A DNA stretch of 64,000 bases from the human T2T-CHM13v2.0 reference genome, Homo sapiens. The translations under genes were made by a program, and so were the position numbers. Within the stretch, counting starts at the first letter, position 1; the number at the start of each line of letters is the position of its first letter. The stretch lies in NCBI RefSeq assembly GCF_009914755.1, contig NC_060926.1. One strand, written 5' to 3'. The notes beneath the pieces were generated by a model. It had not been told where the DNA came from, searched no databases, and saw nothing but the letters and a program-made list of their open reading frames with translations. Below, one piece after another: positions 1 through 17,444 of the stretch.

Positions 1-420
1 CTGGAGGCCCCCTCTTACTACTGTTGCACCGGGGACTGGGCTTCAATCAGTAGCAGCAGGGGATGCGCGCTCAGACCCAGCAGTCGGCTCTGCCCGCCTC
101 GCCGGGCTGCACCGAGTCCGCGGGTCTCTAGCGCACGGCCTGGCCCCACGTGCGGCGAGGAGGGCGCAGTGAAGTTCTGCTGTGTGCACCCCCTGCAGCT
201 CGGCCGGGAAGCGCCCGCTGGAGGAACGGAGAGCGCCGCTTCAGCGTCGGCCACGTGGGCCGGGCTCTGCCGGTGGCAACCTGGACGCGCTGCGGGCGCC
301 GGCGAGACCTGCGCCAACGCCTACCTCCGGGCCACAGGCGGGATAAAGCTGCCCCACTTTGCCCCCAGCGAAGAGAACCCTCCTTCCTCTAAGTATTTTC
401 TTCAGCAACTAAGCTTTTCT
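1..420. promoter_or_regulatory. CpG-rich island or island edge with E-boxes and CTCF-like motifs
   Basis: High GC and CpG density; CACGTG at 147 and 252; CCTCCAGCGGGCGC on minus strand at 211-224. Confidence 0.6.
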
Positions 421-2184
421 GTTTGCTCAATTTCTTGTCCCGTGAGCGCTACCACCCACCCCCCGCCACCTTCTTCCCCTCCCCCCACATCCGTTCACTC
501 TCTTTGACCTTTTGCCAAAACTCTGAACGCTCGCTGCCCTCCCTCCCATTTCCTCACCGCGTTTCAGGAGCTGTAAGTTCTTGGTGTTCAAACCCCCTAC
601 GGTTACGTAAACAGAACTCTGCAGTTATCTTCTTTCCCTTTCTTCGGAGCTTTGTTTTCAAGTTCATTAGAGACTTCCTGTGGGTGTAATTACCGCTCTG
701 CAGTTTTGAGCGCTGCCCACCTTCCCCCTGTTTTGTTAAAAATGTCATAGATCTTTGGAGATTTCTTTCACTTCTAAAGTTATTACCTGTCTGCCTGCAC
801 ATCAATCTTGTTGATTTTATTTCAGGGCATTTTCCGGAGTGAACTTCTGCATAGCGATTTTTTTTGTCCCTCCCCACCCCCTCTTTGTTTTGCAGGAAGG
901 TGAAATAAGACAGAAGAAAAGGGTTAGAACTTTAGAACTCCAGGACCCAACCTCAGTCCTTTCAAGCACCGTCTGCAAACAGATGCTGTGCTAGACTCAG
1001 CACCCTGTCTGGTGAAACTGCTCCTTGGGGTGACATCGGTCGAATGTGTGAGAGGCTTCAGCGGATGCCCTGACTTTTACACTATGGAAGGGCTTTCTCC
1101 TCACTCTCCATTCTTCATCCCACTCCATCCATGCGCTTTCTCCCCTCCCCATGGGGTGGGGTGGGGGGGTCTTTCCTCCAGCTGAGAGCAGAGGCCTTGG
1201 CCAACTAGATGTGTCTTCTGGGATTTCACAGTCGGGCCACCTCTCACCTCTTGCACAGGCTGGTGGGTTAAATGAAACTCCTGTAGCAACTCACAGAGCA
1301 TTTGATTTAAAGCTAAGATTTATAGGAACTCACAAGTCAGAATGGAACAATAATTTCCCTCCGGTTGCACTGCCACTACTGAGGAGCAATCGCCTAATTC
1401 CACACAGAGTTTGCTGATTCTGTGGGCCTAACAGAGAACTCCAGATGGGCAACTAGGAGCTAAGAAGTGCATCCTATGTCACCAGGAGCTAATTTTCCCT
1501 GGATTTTCAAAGAGGCCTCATATTTGACCCATGTCATGGCAGGGTGAAATATAAGTCCTTCCTGAACCCTTGGAAGCTGAACGTTGTGGACATCAGCCAT
1601 GGGAAATACATTTCCTTTAAACTGATCACCAGGCCTTAGTATGATCCATGCCTTGAGTGGACAGAGACCTTTCATGTTTGGTCATTACTCAGCCAGACAC
1701 TTCTCTGAGAGGTGATGACTTCCCTAGGAAGGAATAACAAAGCCCCTTTCAGGCTGTTGATGGGCCCTGTCCACTTTAATTTTGCATTCAGCCTCGCTCA
1801 TTTCTGTGAGCTGAGATTTTGATTATTCTGATTTCCACGACTCCTTTTGTGAAACAGAGACACTGAGGTGAATGCACGGGCCCAGTCCCCTCCTTTTTGA
1901 GTGTGCCCTCGGAAGCAGAGGCAGGTGGTGTTGCCGAAACACCCAGGTTCTGTCTAGGTCCTGCCGCTCCCTGCACAGAAAGCCAATCACAGAGATGACA
2001 AGTATTGCCAAGGAAGAAGGCTTTAATCAGGTGCTGTAGCTGAGAAGATGGGAGCCCAGTCTCAAATCCATCTCCCCATCCACCTAAAACTAGGGGTTTA
2101 TACACCAGGGAAGAAAGATAACAGTGTGTAAGAAAACAGGAACTACGGAGGGGCAAGGAAGCAGTCACAATGTAGGGTATCTCA

Positions 2185-2544
<360 letters not shown>

Positions 2545-2547
2545 TCA

Positions 2548-2869
<322 letters not shown>

Positions 2870-5291
2870 TCAAACTTTAGAACCAGAAGGGTCAATTTCT
2901 ACGTTTATCCAAAAAACTATTTATGGGACTATTGGGTCAATTTCAGTGGGAGGCCCCAGGGCCATGCCCCAGAGGAAGAGACTGGCGTTTAGGGAATGAA
3001 AGCACAGGGAAGTGAGGAACGTGGAGTATTGCAGAGCCAAGCTGAGGGGCTATGGCAAGAGAGGCGAAGAAGAAAGACAAAGCAGCAAGCCAGCAGGCAG
3101 AGGGAGGCACAGTGAGGCAAAAGCTGGTTCTGGAGCCACCATGTAAGCAAATTCAGCTCCTTTTACACCTGGCTCAGGCCACTTCATGGAGCTAAGGTGG
3201 GGCCGGGTGCCCCATCTTCATCATCCTGTACTCCTAGATTCATTGCAAATAGTTTGTTCTGAGTTTTAGGGCCTTCTGGGATGAATGAGGGGGGTGGTAC
3301 CCCATTCTTTGCCCACCATAAGCAGCAGAGAAGGCCTCCTCAAAAACCCTGGGGGCTTAGGTAAAACCCCTCTCCTGTACAGAGCACACTGTGAGTGTTC
3401 AATAACCAGTCATGGTTAGATTATCCAAAAGATTATCCAAAAGCCCATGCAGGAGGAGAGGGTATGAAAAGGGCATGGGAAATATTACAGAGAAGTGAGG
3501 GGGCACATTTAAAGAAAAAAGAAAAGGAGACAAGAATGGGGCTTAGGTAGGTCTGACACTTGGTGGGGGCCATTAGCCAGAGGACCCAGTGCTGGAGAGC
3601 TATCCCTGGTTTGTGAGGAGTTACTGGTTAGATAACCTCCCTAGATTGGACTATCCAGAAGGATCAGCATGGTACACGTATGTTTTTTGTAAGATATTGT
3701 AAGACATCATTTGTTAGATGTCAGATCAAAAAGTAGTTTGTACCAAGTCAGGGCTCCCAACCTTCTCAAGTGTGATGGCCATCTTATTTCTTGCCTGTTA
3801 ACTCTTTTTAATAGTGAAATATGACAAACAGAGGAAAGTGCATTAAAACCTGAGTGTTGACTGCTGGTTCCCCCAAGATGGAGAGTCCCATTCCTCCCAG
3901 ACACTCCCTCTTACAGGTAAAATATCTGGACATAACACAACAGACAGCAGAAGAAGACTCTGAAAGCTGGAGGAAGGAAGAAAAAAAGCCTAGGGACCTC
4001 AGACCTTGAAGAATGACAGGTGTGAGTCCTTGGATTTCCTTATCACCCCCCACCCCACCCCGCCCTTACCCTGGATGAGGCACTGCAGAAGCCTCCAACC
4101 AGAAACCACCAGCAGGCACAGACAAGCTCTAAGAAAGGCCTGGTCCCCCCTGGTCAAAGCACAGAGGAAAGGCTGGCCTGACAACAAAAGGAAACCTTTT
4201 TGGCAATACCCACCCTATCCCAGCAAAAGTCTAGTGGGCCTAACAGAACCTTCTAGCCCCACCTGTAGCCTCTGCTCTGCAGAAGCTGATTGAGTGCTTG
4301 AACTCTCTGGCCTAGTAGGGTGAGCACTCGAGCTGGGAGCTAATCCTCTGTTCCCTTGGCAGGGCAAACCCAAATGGGTAAACACAAAAAAAATAATTAA
4401 ACTTCTTAACATCATAAACACCCAAAACTACAAACAAAGGAGAAAATATTGAAAGAACCAGAGAGAAATGAAGCATTATTCATGAGGAATATTTGTTTGA
4501 ATGACAGTGGATTTCTCATCTTGAAACCATGGAGGCCAAAAGGAAGAGGCACAACATTTTTCAAGTTGAAGATAGAACTTAGAATCACAAATCCAATAGC
4601 CACTGAAAACGCCCTTCAGGAATGAAGGAGAAATCAGACATTCTCAGATGAAAGAAAACTTAAGAGAACTTATTGCCAACCTAGAAGAAATGTGCTAATG
4701 TCAAGAAAGCTACAAACTACCAAACTCAACGAGGATGATAGAGACAACCTGAACAGTTCCATAGCTGCTACAGAAATTAAAGTTATAAGCAAACGGCTCA
4801 CAAAAAAGAAATCTTCAGATGAAAATACTTTAAGGAGTATTAATACCAATTTTACACACTCTATCTCAGAAAGTAAAAGAAAGAACGTTTCCTGGCTCAT
4901 TGTATAAGGCTAGTATTACCCTGATACCAAAATCAGGAAAATGCAGTACAGAAAAGAAAGTTATAGACCACTATCTCTATAAATTTAGACACAAAATTTA
5001 TCAACAAAATTTTGTAAACCTAATACAGCATCGTATATAAAAAATTATGTACACCATGATGAAGTGGGATTTATTCCATATATGCAAGTTTGGTTCAATA
5101 TTCCAGAATCAGTCAATGTAATTTACTCTGTTAACCAGGTAAAGAATAAAAATGATTATATCATTTGATGCAGAAAAAAAGATTAACACAATCCTATGCC
5201 CATTCACGGTAAAAAGTCTCAGCAGACTAGGAATGGCGGGGAGTGGTGGGGACAATCCTAAGTTGAGAAAGAGCATCTATTTAAAAACCTA

Positions 5292-5951
<660 letters not shown>

Positions 5952-6918
5952 CTAAGATTGGGAAAGAGACAAGCAATCTGTTCTCACCACTCTAATTCAA
6001 CATAGTGCTAGAAATTCTGACCACTGAAATAAGACAAGAAAGAGAGATAAAAAGCACAAAGATTAGAAGGAAAGAAATAAAACTGCCCTTATTTGTCAAA
6101 GACCTGGTTGTCTACTTAGAAAATCCCAAGGAATTTACAAATAACTCCTAGAATTAATGTAAAGTCGGCAAGGTAGCAGGGTACAATAGCAATACAGAAA
6201 AATAAATGTCATTTCTATATATTAACAATGAACATTTCAAAACTAGCATTAATAACACAATACCATTTATGACAGTTCCAAAGAAAATTATATACTTGGG
6301 CATGAATATAACAAAATATGTACAACATTTGCACGCTAAAATTATAAAATGCTTTTGAAAGAAATAAAAGAGGATTTAGCTAAGTAAATCCAACCAAGTT
6401 CATGAGTTGGGTGACTGAACTTCCTAAGGATGTCAATTCTCTCCAGATTGATTAATAAGTTTAATACAATTACTCTTAAAATCCCAGCAAGGTGCTTTGT
6501 AGACATAGACAATCTTATCCCAAATTTACATGGAAAGGCACAAGTCCTGGAATAGCTTAACCAAACTGGATAAAGAATAAAGTAGGAGGAGCCAGTCTAT
6601 CTCACTGTGTAGCTACAGTAATCAAGGGAGTGTGGTATGGGCAGAGAGATAGACATGTAGACAAATGTGGCAGAACAGAAAACCCAGAAACAGACCCACA
6701 CAAACATGCTCGACTGATTTTTATCAAAGGTGAAAAACAATTCAATAGAGAAGGATAGCCTTTTCAATAAACAGTTCTGGAGAAATTGGACATCCATAGG
6801 CAAAAATGAACCTTGACTTGTCTCAAACCATATACAAATATTAGCTCAAAATGGATCACAGACTTAAACCTAAAAGATATATGAATTGAACCTCAGCAAA
6901 ATAAAAAACTTTTGCTCT

Positions 6919-7100
6919 GGCCAAGTGTGGTGGCTCACCCTGTAATCCCAGCACTTTGGGAGGCCGAGGAGGGTAGATTGCTTAAGCCTGGGAGTGCAAG
7001 ACCAGCCTTAGCAACATGATAAAACCCCATCCTGTCAAAAATACAAAAACTAGCCAGTCATAACCCGGTCTCTAAATAAATAAATATATTAAAATTAAAA
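6919..7100 (+). mobile_element. Alu left monomer with atypical 3' end
   Basis: Left arm + linker + ctagccagtcataacccggtctc + (TAAA)n. Confidence 0.85.
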
Positions 7101-7499
7101 ATAAATTTAAAACCCCAAATTTTGCCCCGTGAAAGACCTTATGAAGAAGACCTAAAGGCAAGCTACAGACTGAAAGAAAATGTTTGCAAACCACATAGCT
7201 GACAAAAGACTGGAATCTAGAATAAAGAACTTTCGAAATTCAAGAACATGTACATGTATTTCTTTTGGGAAAATACTAAGGAGTGGGATTACTGGGTTAT
7301 AGCTTAAGACAATCCTTAACTGATTTCCAAAGTAGCACCAGTAACTTTCATGTTAACTAGCAGCATACGAAAGCTCCTGTTTCTCCACATTCTAGTAGTT
7401 TACATGATTTGTCTTTTTAATTTTAGACATTCTGGTGTAAGTGTAGTGGTATCTCTTTGTAGTTTTAATTTGCATTTTTCCATTATTAAAGAGGTTGAA

Positions 7500-8214
<715 letters not shown>

Positions 8215-9339
8215 TTCAGATGTTTTTTGGCCATACAGATTTCTTCTTTTGTTAAGTACCTATTCCATTATTCTCCCTTTTTTCTTTTTCTTTTAAAATT
8301 TATCTTATTTATGAATTTATTTATTTTTAGTTAATTATTTTTAACCTCAAGCCACAATATGCTTTGAGCTTTTTTTCTATTTGTTATGTGTATCTTTTTT
8401 GTAATAACTTGTAGGCATTTAAAATATATTCTGTGTATGATCTCTATGCAGTGATACATTTTACAAATGTATTCCCTTGCAGCTTGCCTTTTCACTCTCC
8501 CAATGGTATCATTTAATAAATTAAAGTTCATAATTTTAATATGGTCTAATTTGTCAGTCTTTCCTTAAGTTAGTGCTTTTTGTATTCCTAACCCAGAAAC
8601 ATAAAGTTATTTTTCTATCTATATCACTTTTTAAAGGCTTTACTACTTTTTTCTATCACAGCTAGCTCTATAATGCACCTGGAATTAATTTTTCTGTATG
8701 GCATGAAGTGGGGGTCACGTTTCACCTCTTTCCCCATATGGATATTTAATTGTTCCAGTACAATTTATTGAAAAGAGCATTCTTGCCCACCTTATTCTAC
8801 ATCTTTTTCATAAATCAAGTGTCTGTATATTCATGATGTGTTTCTGGGGTCTCCATTCTGTTCCATTGGCTTTATTTTTCTATTCTTGAACTAATAATAC
8901 ACTGACTTCATTACTTTCAGCTTTATATGAAGCCTTGATATCCAATAGAATAAACTCTCCCACCTTGTTCATTTTTCTTTTTTTGAAGAGTGCTCGACTC
9001 TGCTGGACAATTTGTACTTTTATATAAATTTTAGAATACTTTGGAAAAGTACACACACACAGAAAATCTATTGGAATTTTTTGTTGGAATTGCATTAAAT
9101 CTAGATTAATTTAAGGAGAATTGACATCTGTGTAATATTAAAATTTCCAATCCACAGATGTGATATCTCTTTGCATTTGTTTAGTTCTTTAATTTTCTCA
9201 CTAGTGACTTAACTTTCTGTCTGGAAGTCTCACACATTTCTTGTTAGATTCATTCGTATTTTCTTGATGCTATGTCAAAACCTTTCCTATTATACCTCTT
9301 GATCTCAAATTTTAATTAAATTTAATCTTCTAAAAGATA

Positions 9340-9713
<374 letters not shown>

Positions 9714-10091
9714 TTAAAATATTGACTTCTATATATCCAGCAACATTGCTAAACACAGTTATTCATCTTAATAGTTTATCTGTATATTCTTTTGCATTTT
9801 CTACTTATACGAGTATAGCATTCAAAGATAATGGTAGTTTCTTCCCCCTGCTCTCTTATTTATTGTTGCTTTACTGCACTGCCTAAGACCTCCAGGACAA
9901 TGTTGAATAGGGACACTGATAGACAACATCCTTGTCATGATCCCTATTTCAAAAGGAAAACTTTCCACATTTCACTCTTAAGTGTGATATTCACTAGAGA
10001 TCTTCTTGTAGTTACCCTTTATTTGATTAGCATGTTATTTCTATTTCTAGGTTGCTAAGAGTTTTAAAAATATATAATTAACGGATGTTAA

Positions 10092-10408
10092 TTTTTTTTT
10101 TTTTTTTGAGACGGAGTCTCACTCTGTCACCCAGGCTGCAGTGCAGTGGCTCGATCTTGGCTCACTGCAACCTTTGCCTCTGGTTTCAAGCAATTCTCCT
10201 GCCTCAGCCTCCCGAGGAGCTCGGACTACAGGTGCCCGCCACCATGCCCGGCTTTTTTTTTTTTTTTTTTTTTTTTTTGGTATTTTTACTAGAGACAGGG
10301 TTTCACCATGTTGGTCAGGTTGGTCTCGAACTCCAGACCTCAAATGATCTGCCCACCTCGGCCTCCCAAAGTGCTGGGTTTACAGGTGTGAGCCAACTCG
10401 CCCGGCCT
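10092..10408 (-). mobile_element. AluS
   Basis: Antisense Alu; TSD ggatgttaa. Confidence 0.95.
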
Positions 10409-11907
10409 GATGGATGTTAAATTTTATCAAAAGTTTTTTCTGCATGTATTGAGTCATTTATATTATATGTTCTCCTTTATTCTGTTAATGTGGTGAATTA
10501 CAATGTTTGTTTTGTAATGTTAAACAAATTTTGCATTGTTAGAATAAACATAAATTACTTATGATACGTTTTTATCTATAGTTGGATTCAGTTTGATTAT
10601 AGGTAGTTTGGGGTTTCCACATCTATATTCATGAGAGAAATTAGCTACTTATCTTACTTTCTCATAAGGTCCTGGTCTAGTTTTGGTATCAAGTTTAAGC
10701 TTTCTTCATTAAATAAGTCACTTCTTTTCCTAGTCTCAGAGCATTGCACTCAGGAAGTCAGTCACTTTGTTCCAGCACACTGAAGATAGCATTTTACTTA
10801 TTCCAGATTTCATAATTCTGTTGAGCAGTTTTATTTTAAGTAACTGAATGCAATCTATGTTCTATCTCTGGCTGTTTTAAGATATTTATGTTTGACTTTT
10901 TTTCCTGCAGTTTTATTATTGATGTATGTATTTGTATTTATCTTGTTTCGGATTTGAATGTGTGGATTGACATCTTTGATCAGTTCTCCCTTATCACTAG
11001 GTCTCATCCCAAACTCAGGGGGTTTGCCAGGTCCAATCCTTGTAAGGTACTGAGTCCAGTGCTTTTCTCTCTAACCCCGAGAGGCTGTCAAAAACACCAT
11101 TAGTCTATCATCCATCCTTTTCATTTTAGCCAGAGCAAGAACAGTTCTAAAGGCCAAACTCCCTAACTTTGATGTTCTCCTGGGTCTTAGCCTTATAATT
11201 CTTGTCTATGTTGTTAGCTCTCCAAGTCCCTCAAACAGATTTAAAAAATAGTTTATTGTATTTTCTGGATGTCCCAGGAGGGAAGATTGGTTCTAATCAT
11301 CTAGTCCACATCTAGTCCACATAAATGGAAATCCTAATAACCATTGTGATCATAAGTTTACACTACCTTTAGAATTCATTGACTATGAAACTATCCAATG
11401 GTCTTATTCTACTGAATTTTATGAATGTTAAAAATGAATTTCTAATGTATTATTTGTATGTAATAACTACACACATATTTGAAAAATAGTAGTTTCTATG
11501 CAAGTGCTTGAGACACAAAGAGAATCAGGAACTACTAGTAATAACTGTCCCGAATTCTGTGGTCCACATAGTAAGTAAATATTTCTGAGTAAAGAAATGA
11601 AAGGACCATCATTTTATTACAATTCAACCAACATTTATGAAGCCCCAGCAGGAACGGCCACTACAAAAGTAAATAAGGTGAAGTTTTGCCCACAAGCATC
11701 TACAGGAGCCCTGAAACGGGTTATGTAACCAGAAGGGGATAGGGTGAGAAGCCTTCTGAATTAAGGAATAGCCAGAAACAACTTACCTTTAGTGCGTCAT
11801 TTGTACGTAAATTTTGATTTCTTCATTACTTTACGAAATTACCTCTGACTTACAGTAAAATCCCATGTTTGCATAAGAGCTCTTTAGTAGGGAAGATGAT
11901 TTTATAA

Positions 11908-12203
<296 letters not shown>

Positions 12204-12807
12204 AATGTATTTTTAAGCAATCACAAGCATAGTTATTTAAATGTTACCTGAAGCCTGGTAGAGAAGACACACATCAGGAGACAAAAATGAATGGGTCCTT
12301 GATCCAGTTGGAAGACTGTCAAGAGACTGGAACATCATGTTGAAGAAGTTGGATTTTATCTTCTAGTTAATATCTACCTGTGTATAAACTAAGGCATGCT
12401 TTAGAAAGGTGGTTGGAAAGATGGAAATAATTTGGGGGAACAGCCTCAAGCTGGCCCCCTGGTTAGGAAGCTTCTCTGGTTGTGGGGTCCAGTGGTACTG
12501 GAGGCCTGGGAGGGCAGGGCAGCAGGGATGGTGAGGCCAGGCTGGCGTGGATGATGGAGAGGCATTTTTGGGCAGGATCCCCACACAACAGGTTGCCTGA
12601 TTAATAAAAGGCATAATCAAAAGGAAGAAATCAGAAGTGGTTTTTAACTGTAGTAAAGAAAATTCCAACTGTGCTTAGAAGACCTTTATATAATTAAAAA
12701 CATAGAATTATTCTATCCCTAAATAAATAATGAAGGGGAGAAACCCCATGACATTATATCTCATTATTGTTTAATTAGAATAGAAATTTTAAAAAATAAA
12801 AGTAATA

Positions 12808-13118
12808 CCGGGCGCAGTGGCTCACTCCTGTAATCCCAGCACTTTGGGAGGCCGAGGCAGGCAGATCATGAGGTCAAGAGATTGAGACCGTCCTGGCCAA
12901 CATGGTGAAACCCCGTCTCTACTAAAAAAAATACAAAAAATTAGCTGGGTATGGTGGCGGACACCTGTAGTCCCAGCTACTCGGGAGGCTCAGGCAGGAG
13001 AATGGCGTGAACCTGGGAGGCAGAGCTTGCAGTGAACCGAGATGGCGCCACTGCACTGCAGCCTGGACGATAGAGCGAGACTCTGTCGCAAAAAATAAAT
13101 AAATAAATAAATAAAAAT
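12808..13118 (+). mobile_element. AluSc/Y
   Basis: Alu dimer with (TAAA)n tail. Confidence 0.95.
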
Positions 13119-13399
13119 AATGAGATAAACACCAATTTCAATAAAAAATATTTATGGAATTGTCCTTATCTGACTCTGTTAAAATTTTACATCACCACAA
13201 AGCTATAGAGTGGTAGAATCTAAACTAATAGGGTTTACTGTGCTGTCTTTATTCATCCCCACTCCAGCTTTTAAGTATCTGTGTGGAGCTAGGGGAGAGA
13301 GACTGGCTGGAGAAAATAGTGTGTTTGACTCCAAGTCTGTTCAACTCGTGTTGGGGCATTTTTAGTGCAGTGAAGGCACATTCTTTATCTGAAAAGCAG

Positions 13400-14267
13400 G
13401 GCTTTAATGTTTTAATGATGAGCATCCCCAGAATATTTTTGTCATGTAAAAGAGGTGATTTCTTATGTACAAGTAAGTGATTCTACTAAAGTCTTCGTAA
13501 GGATTATTACAGGAAAAGGATTTACCGTAATAGGCCTGAGAAAACCATGGGAATAGTTCCAGCAGGAGTTTTTATTCCAAAAGTTTAACTGCCCTGTGAC
13601 CACCTTAATACTCTCAGAAGATCTGAGGGCAGAGGGAGTTGGAGAAATCTTTTGCATGAACCTCTGATTTATAGTCTTGTTCTAAGTGCAGGGACATCTG
13701 AGGAGGCTCCAGGGAGGGCACATTGATACCTGCCTGGAAAGAGTCGAAGGTGTTGAAGAAGGACAAAGAGGGTATTCTAGAAGAGGAGGAGTGGGAGGTC
13801 GGAGGAGGTAGGTGGAGGGCTGCCTCTTGGTGATGTTCAAGGTATGCTGTTGAAATACAGATAGGTCACAAAACACTATTTCATATTCAACAGGGATTAT
13901 ATCTTGCAAATAATACATTTATTGTTTGTTCAGTGTTTCACTGTAACCCTTTTCCCGTAAGAGCTGGGCCCAGAGGACTGTTAGCCCAGCGAGGAAGGGC
14001 TTTAATGTCACAGAATCAAAGTCTGGTTTTCCACAAGCCACAGTGAAGAGACTGGAGGGTTAGGACAGCGACGGCTCCCTCATGGGGAAAGGAGCTAACA
14101 ACGATCTGATATAAAGGAGGTGCAAGCAAACAGAGACCCTGATAGAAACTCCAGGACCACGTGTAAGGGGACTCAAGACTCAGCTCATCTGCCAGGTGCC
14201 CTTCCCGAACATAAGGGTGGCGCTTGGCCTGGTGACCCAGTGCTGCCACTTCCCGGGACTGGGGTTC
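13400..14267 (-). pseudogene. Large terminal exon: EPQSREVAALGHQAKRHPYVREGHLADELSLESPY...LKPFLAGLTVLWAQLLREKGYSETLNKQ*MYYLQDIIPVEYEIVFCDL...
   Basis: acacacacag acceptor; long protein-like frames joined by frameshifts (ORFs 14016-14249, 13682-13918, 13463-13657); 3' end approximate. Confidence 0.65.
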
Positions 14268-14387
14268 CTGTGTGTGTTTACTTTTAACTTTTTATTACCT
14301 TGGCGGAAAGAGGGGAGGAGGAAGAAGGAAGGGAGGAGGAAGAAACACTCCTGAACACACAATTACCTCCAAAGAGAGAGTGCTCAC

Positions 14388-14543
14388 CTGAAAGGGACTT
14401 TTCCAGAACAACCATGTGCTGTATCCGTCTCCAGTGGCAGCTTTAAGCATCCTCCTCCTGCCTTTGACAGGGGTGTGGGGCTCTGGACAAGATGAGCACA
14501 GTTTTAGGAAATAAAACATCTACACGTCTTGCAGGCCTCAGTC
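14388..14543 (-). pseudogene. Exon ending ...MLKAATGDGYSTWLFWKSPFQ
   Basis: cacacatttaag acceptor, CAG|gtgagc donor, 156 nt. Confidence 0.65.
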
Positions 14544-14585
14544 CTTAAATGTGTGTATATTAATTTATATTTTAAAAAAATCCAA

Positions 14586-15245
<660 letters not shown>

Positions 15246-16087
15246 TAGCATTTTATTGTTCAAAACAAAACTAACTATAAGGCTGTCCACTTGAACAGAC
15301 TGGAGACAGACATAGCACCGTGCCCTTGGTCCCTTCCTGCCTCCTCTGGGCTCCTGTGGTGTTATGTCTGGACCACAGGACCTCTTAGGAGCCAAGGTCC
15401 TGAGTGGACTGCACAGCTGACAGTGGAGAGGGGAGCAGGAAAAGTAAGGCAGTGACCCCAACCCCTGCCGGCTGGGGAGAAGGAAGCCTGCCCCACAGTC
15501 CTCACCAGTCCTCTTGGTTCTGTCAGCAACCCTGCTCATCCTCCTGGCTGCACCCGGCCTGCCCTGCCCTGCCCTGCAGTGCCAGAGACTGGACGTGGGT
15601 GGCAGCCTTATGCACTGCCAGTGGGAAGTCCTCCCACCGAGAACCCAGCTCCTCCTTCAGCTCTCCCTGGTGCTCCTCTGGCAGCAAAATCCTTGCTTCC
15701 TGCCCTATGCCACTTGGCCCAGCCCTGCTCCCCTCAACAGAGCCCTGCTCCCCTGGGCCTCAACACAGCCCTGCTCCCATTGCTTCCCCAATTCTTGGCA
15801 GAGGTCCTAGTCCCCCACTGCTGTGCAACAGCTAGTGATTAGGTAATGCAGAGCCACTCTTCCTAGAGGTCACAGGGGACTTTTGTTTCATGTTAGCAGG
15901 GGACTCTTGATGACTCAGTGAGGTACAAGAAACTAACACATCTTAAACCTCTGTGCACTCTGCACTCAGTTCCCATGCATGGGGATCTGCCACCTCAGCC
16001 TAATAGGATGGGCTTATTGCCCCCGGATTACAAGCAGAGAAACTGAGGGCTCAAAGAAAAACAAACAAACAAACAAACAAACAAAGT

Positions 16088-16388
16088 GGACCGGGCACGT
16101 TGGCTCATGCCTGTAATCCCAGCACTTTGGGAGGCAAAGGTGGGTGGATCACTTGAAGTCAGGAATTTGAGACCAGCCTGGCCAACATGGTGAAACCCCA
16201 TCTCTACTAAAACATACAAAAATTAGCTGAGCGTGGTGGCAGGCACCTGTAATCCCAGCTACTTGGGAGCCTGAGGCACAAGAATTGCTTGAACCTGGGA
16301 GGTGGAGGTGTAGTGAGCTGAGATTGCGCCATTGCGCTCCAGCCTGGGCAACAGAGCGAGACTCCATCTCAAAAACAAAAAAACAAAA
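16088..16388 (+). mobile_element. AluS inside a MIR fragment
   Basis: Alu dimer flanked by MIR-like agaaactgaggg / caaatcacatag...ggcagggctagaactgg. Confidence 0.9.
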
Positions 16389-17311
16389 TCCAAACTGAAA
16401 ACAAAACCTTTACCTCAAATCACATAGTGAGGACGTGGCAGGGCTAGAACTGGATTCCAGCTTTTTAGGTGCTTCTCCACAGCTGTTCCCTTGCAAGCAA
16501 ACTAGGCTGGCCTGTGGCCCCTCTGCCCACCTTGACTCTAGTGGGTGGGAGTGGAGACAAAGCTAAATGTACTCCTCCTGCCGTTACTTCTGAGGACACG
16601 CATCATCCCAATCAGCTGTTAATAGCCACTGAAGTGTGACAGAACTTTATAGCTTTCTAAACGTCGGATAATTTGCATGGAGAAAAACTAATTTGATAAA
16701 ATACTTAGAAATTCTGTGTGATCTAATTTTTCTAAGCACTCAGGCCATTACTTTTGTCTGTAAATGTAATTGCTGCAGCTGAATATTTTTGCTCTTTCTT
16801 GCTACGTGATTTATTTTCTTACTTTTTAGGGTTTAATCATATCTTTGGCATTAAATATTAGCCTCAGACTCTCTCCCAAAAGACATAACTTATAATACCA
16901 TGGGGACATTAAATTTAATCATCTTTGGCAATTATTTGATGCTATCCTGGAAAATTAGCTTAGGGTAGCTGCAAACATGTGGAGTCTTGAGTCTTTATCT
17001 ACATTATATTCATGATAAAACAGGAGCTGAGACCCCACCATGCAACCTATTGACCTTTCCTGGGTCACCATAACAATATCTCCTGTACTGAGTCTCCATC
17101 ACAGTAATTGAATTGCAGGGAGTGCACATGAAGCCTCCAAAATCTATGCTTCAGTGTCTGCTCTTTTGAGACCATTCATATTTCTCTTTTAATTATTATA
17201 AAAAGTAAAATCAATCTTTTTTTTGGAATGGGAACCTCTTGAGGCTGCTGTTCTATATTCCACAGACATCCCTATGGCCCCTGACAGCCTCCTCCTAAAG
17301 TAAGCCCATAC

Positions 17312-17444
17312 CTTCACTTTTCATGTGGGTTGGAGATGGAATAAAGAAGTTGACATTTTTAGAGCAGGAGCAAGAGGTCCATCTCATAAATTATATACTT
17401 CTGTATCTAGACCATGAAAACACAGCTGAAGAGAGTTAATGAAC
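17312..17444 (-). pseudogene. Exon: FINSLQLCFHGLDTEVYNL*DGPLAPALKMSTSLFHLQPT*KVK
   Basis: ttctcatttttcag acceptor, AAG|gtatgg donor, 133 nt. Confidence 0.7.

Noticed and set aside
3419-3442. 12-bp tandem duplication gattatccaaaa x2 (also 11-bp atctagtccac x2 near 11299)
   Set aside because: Ordinary slippage duplications.
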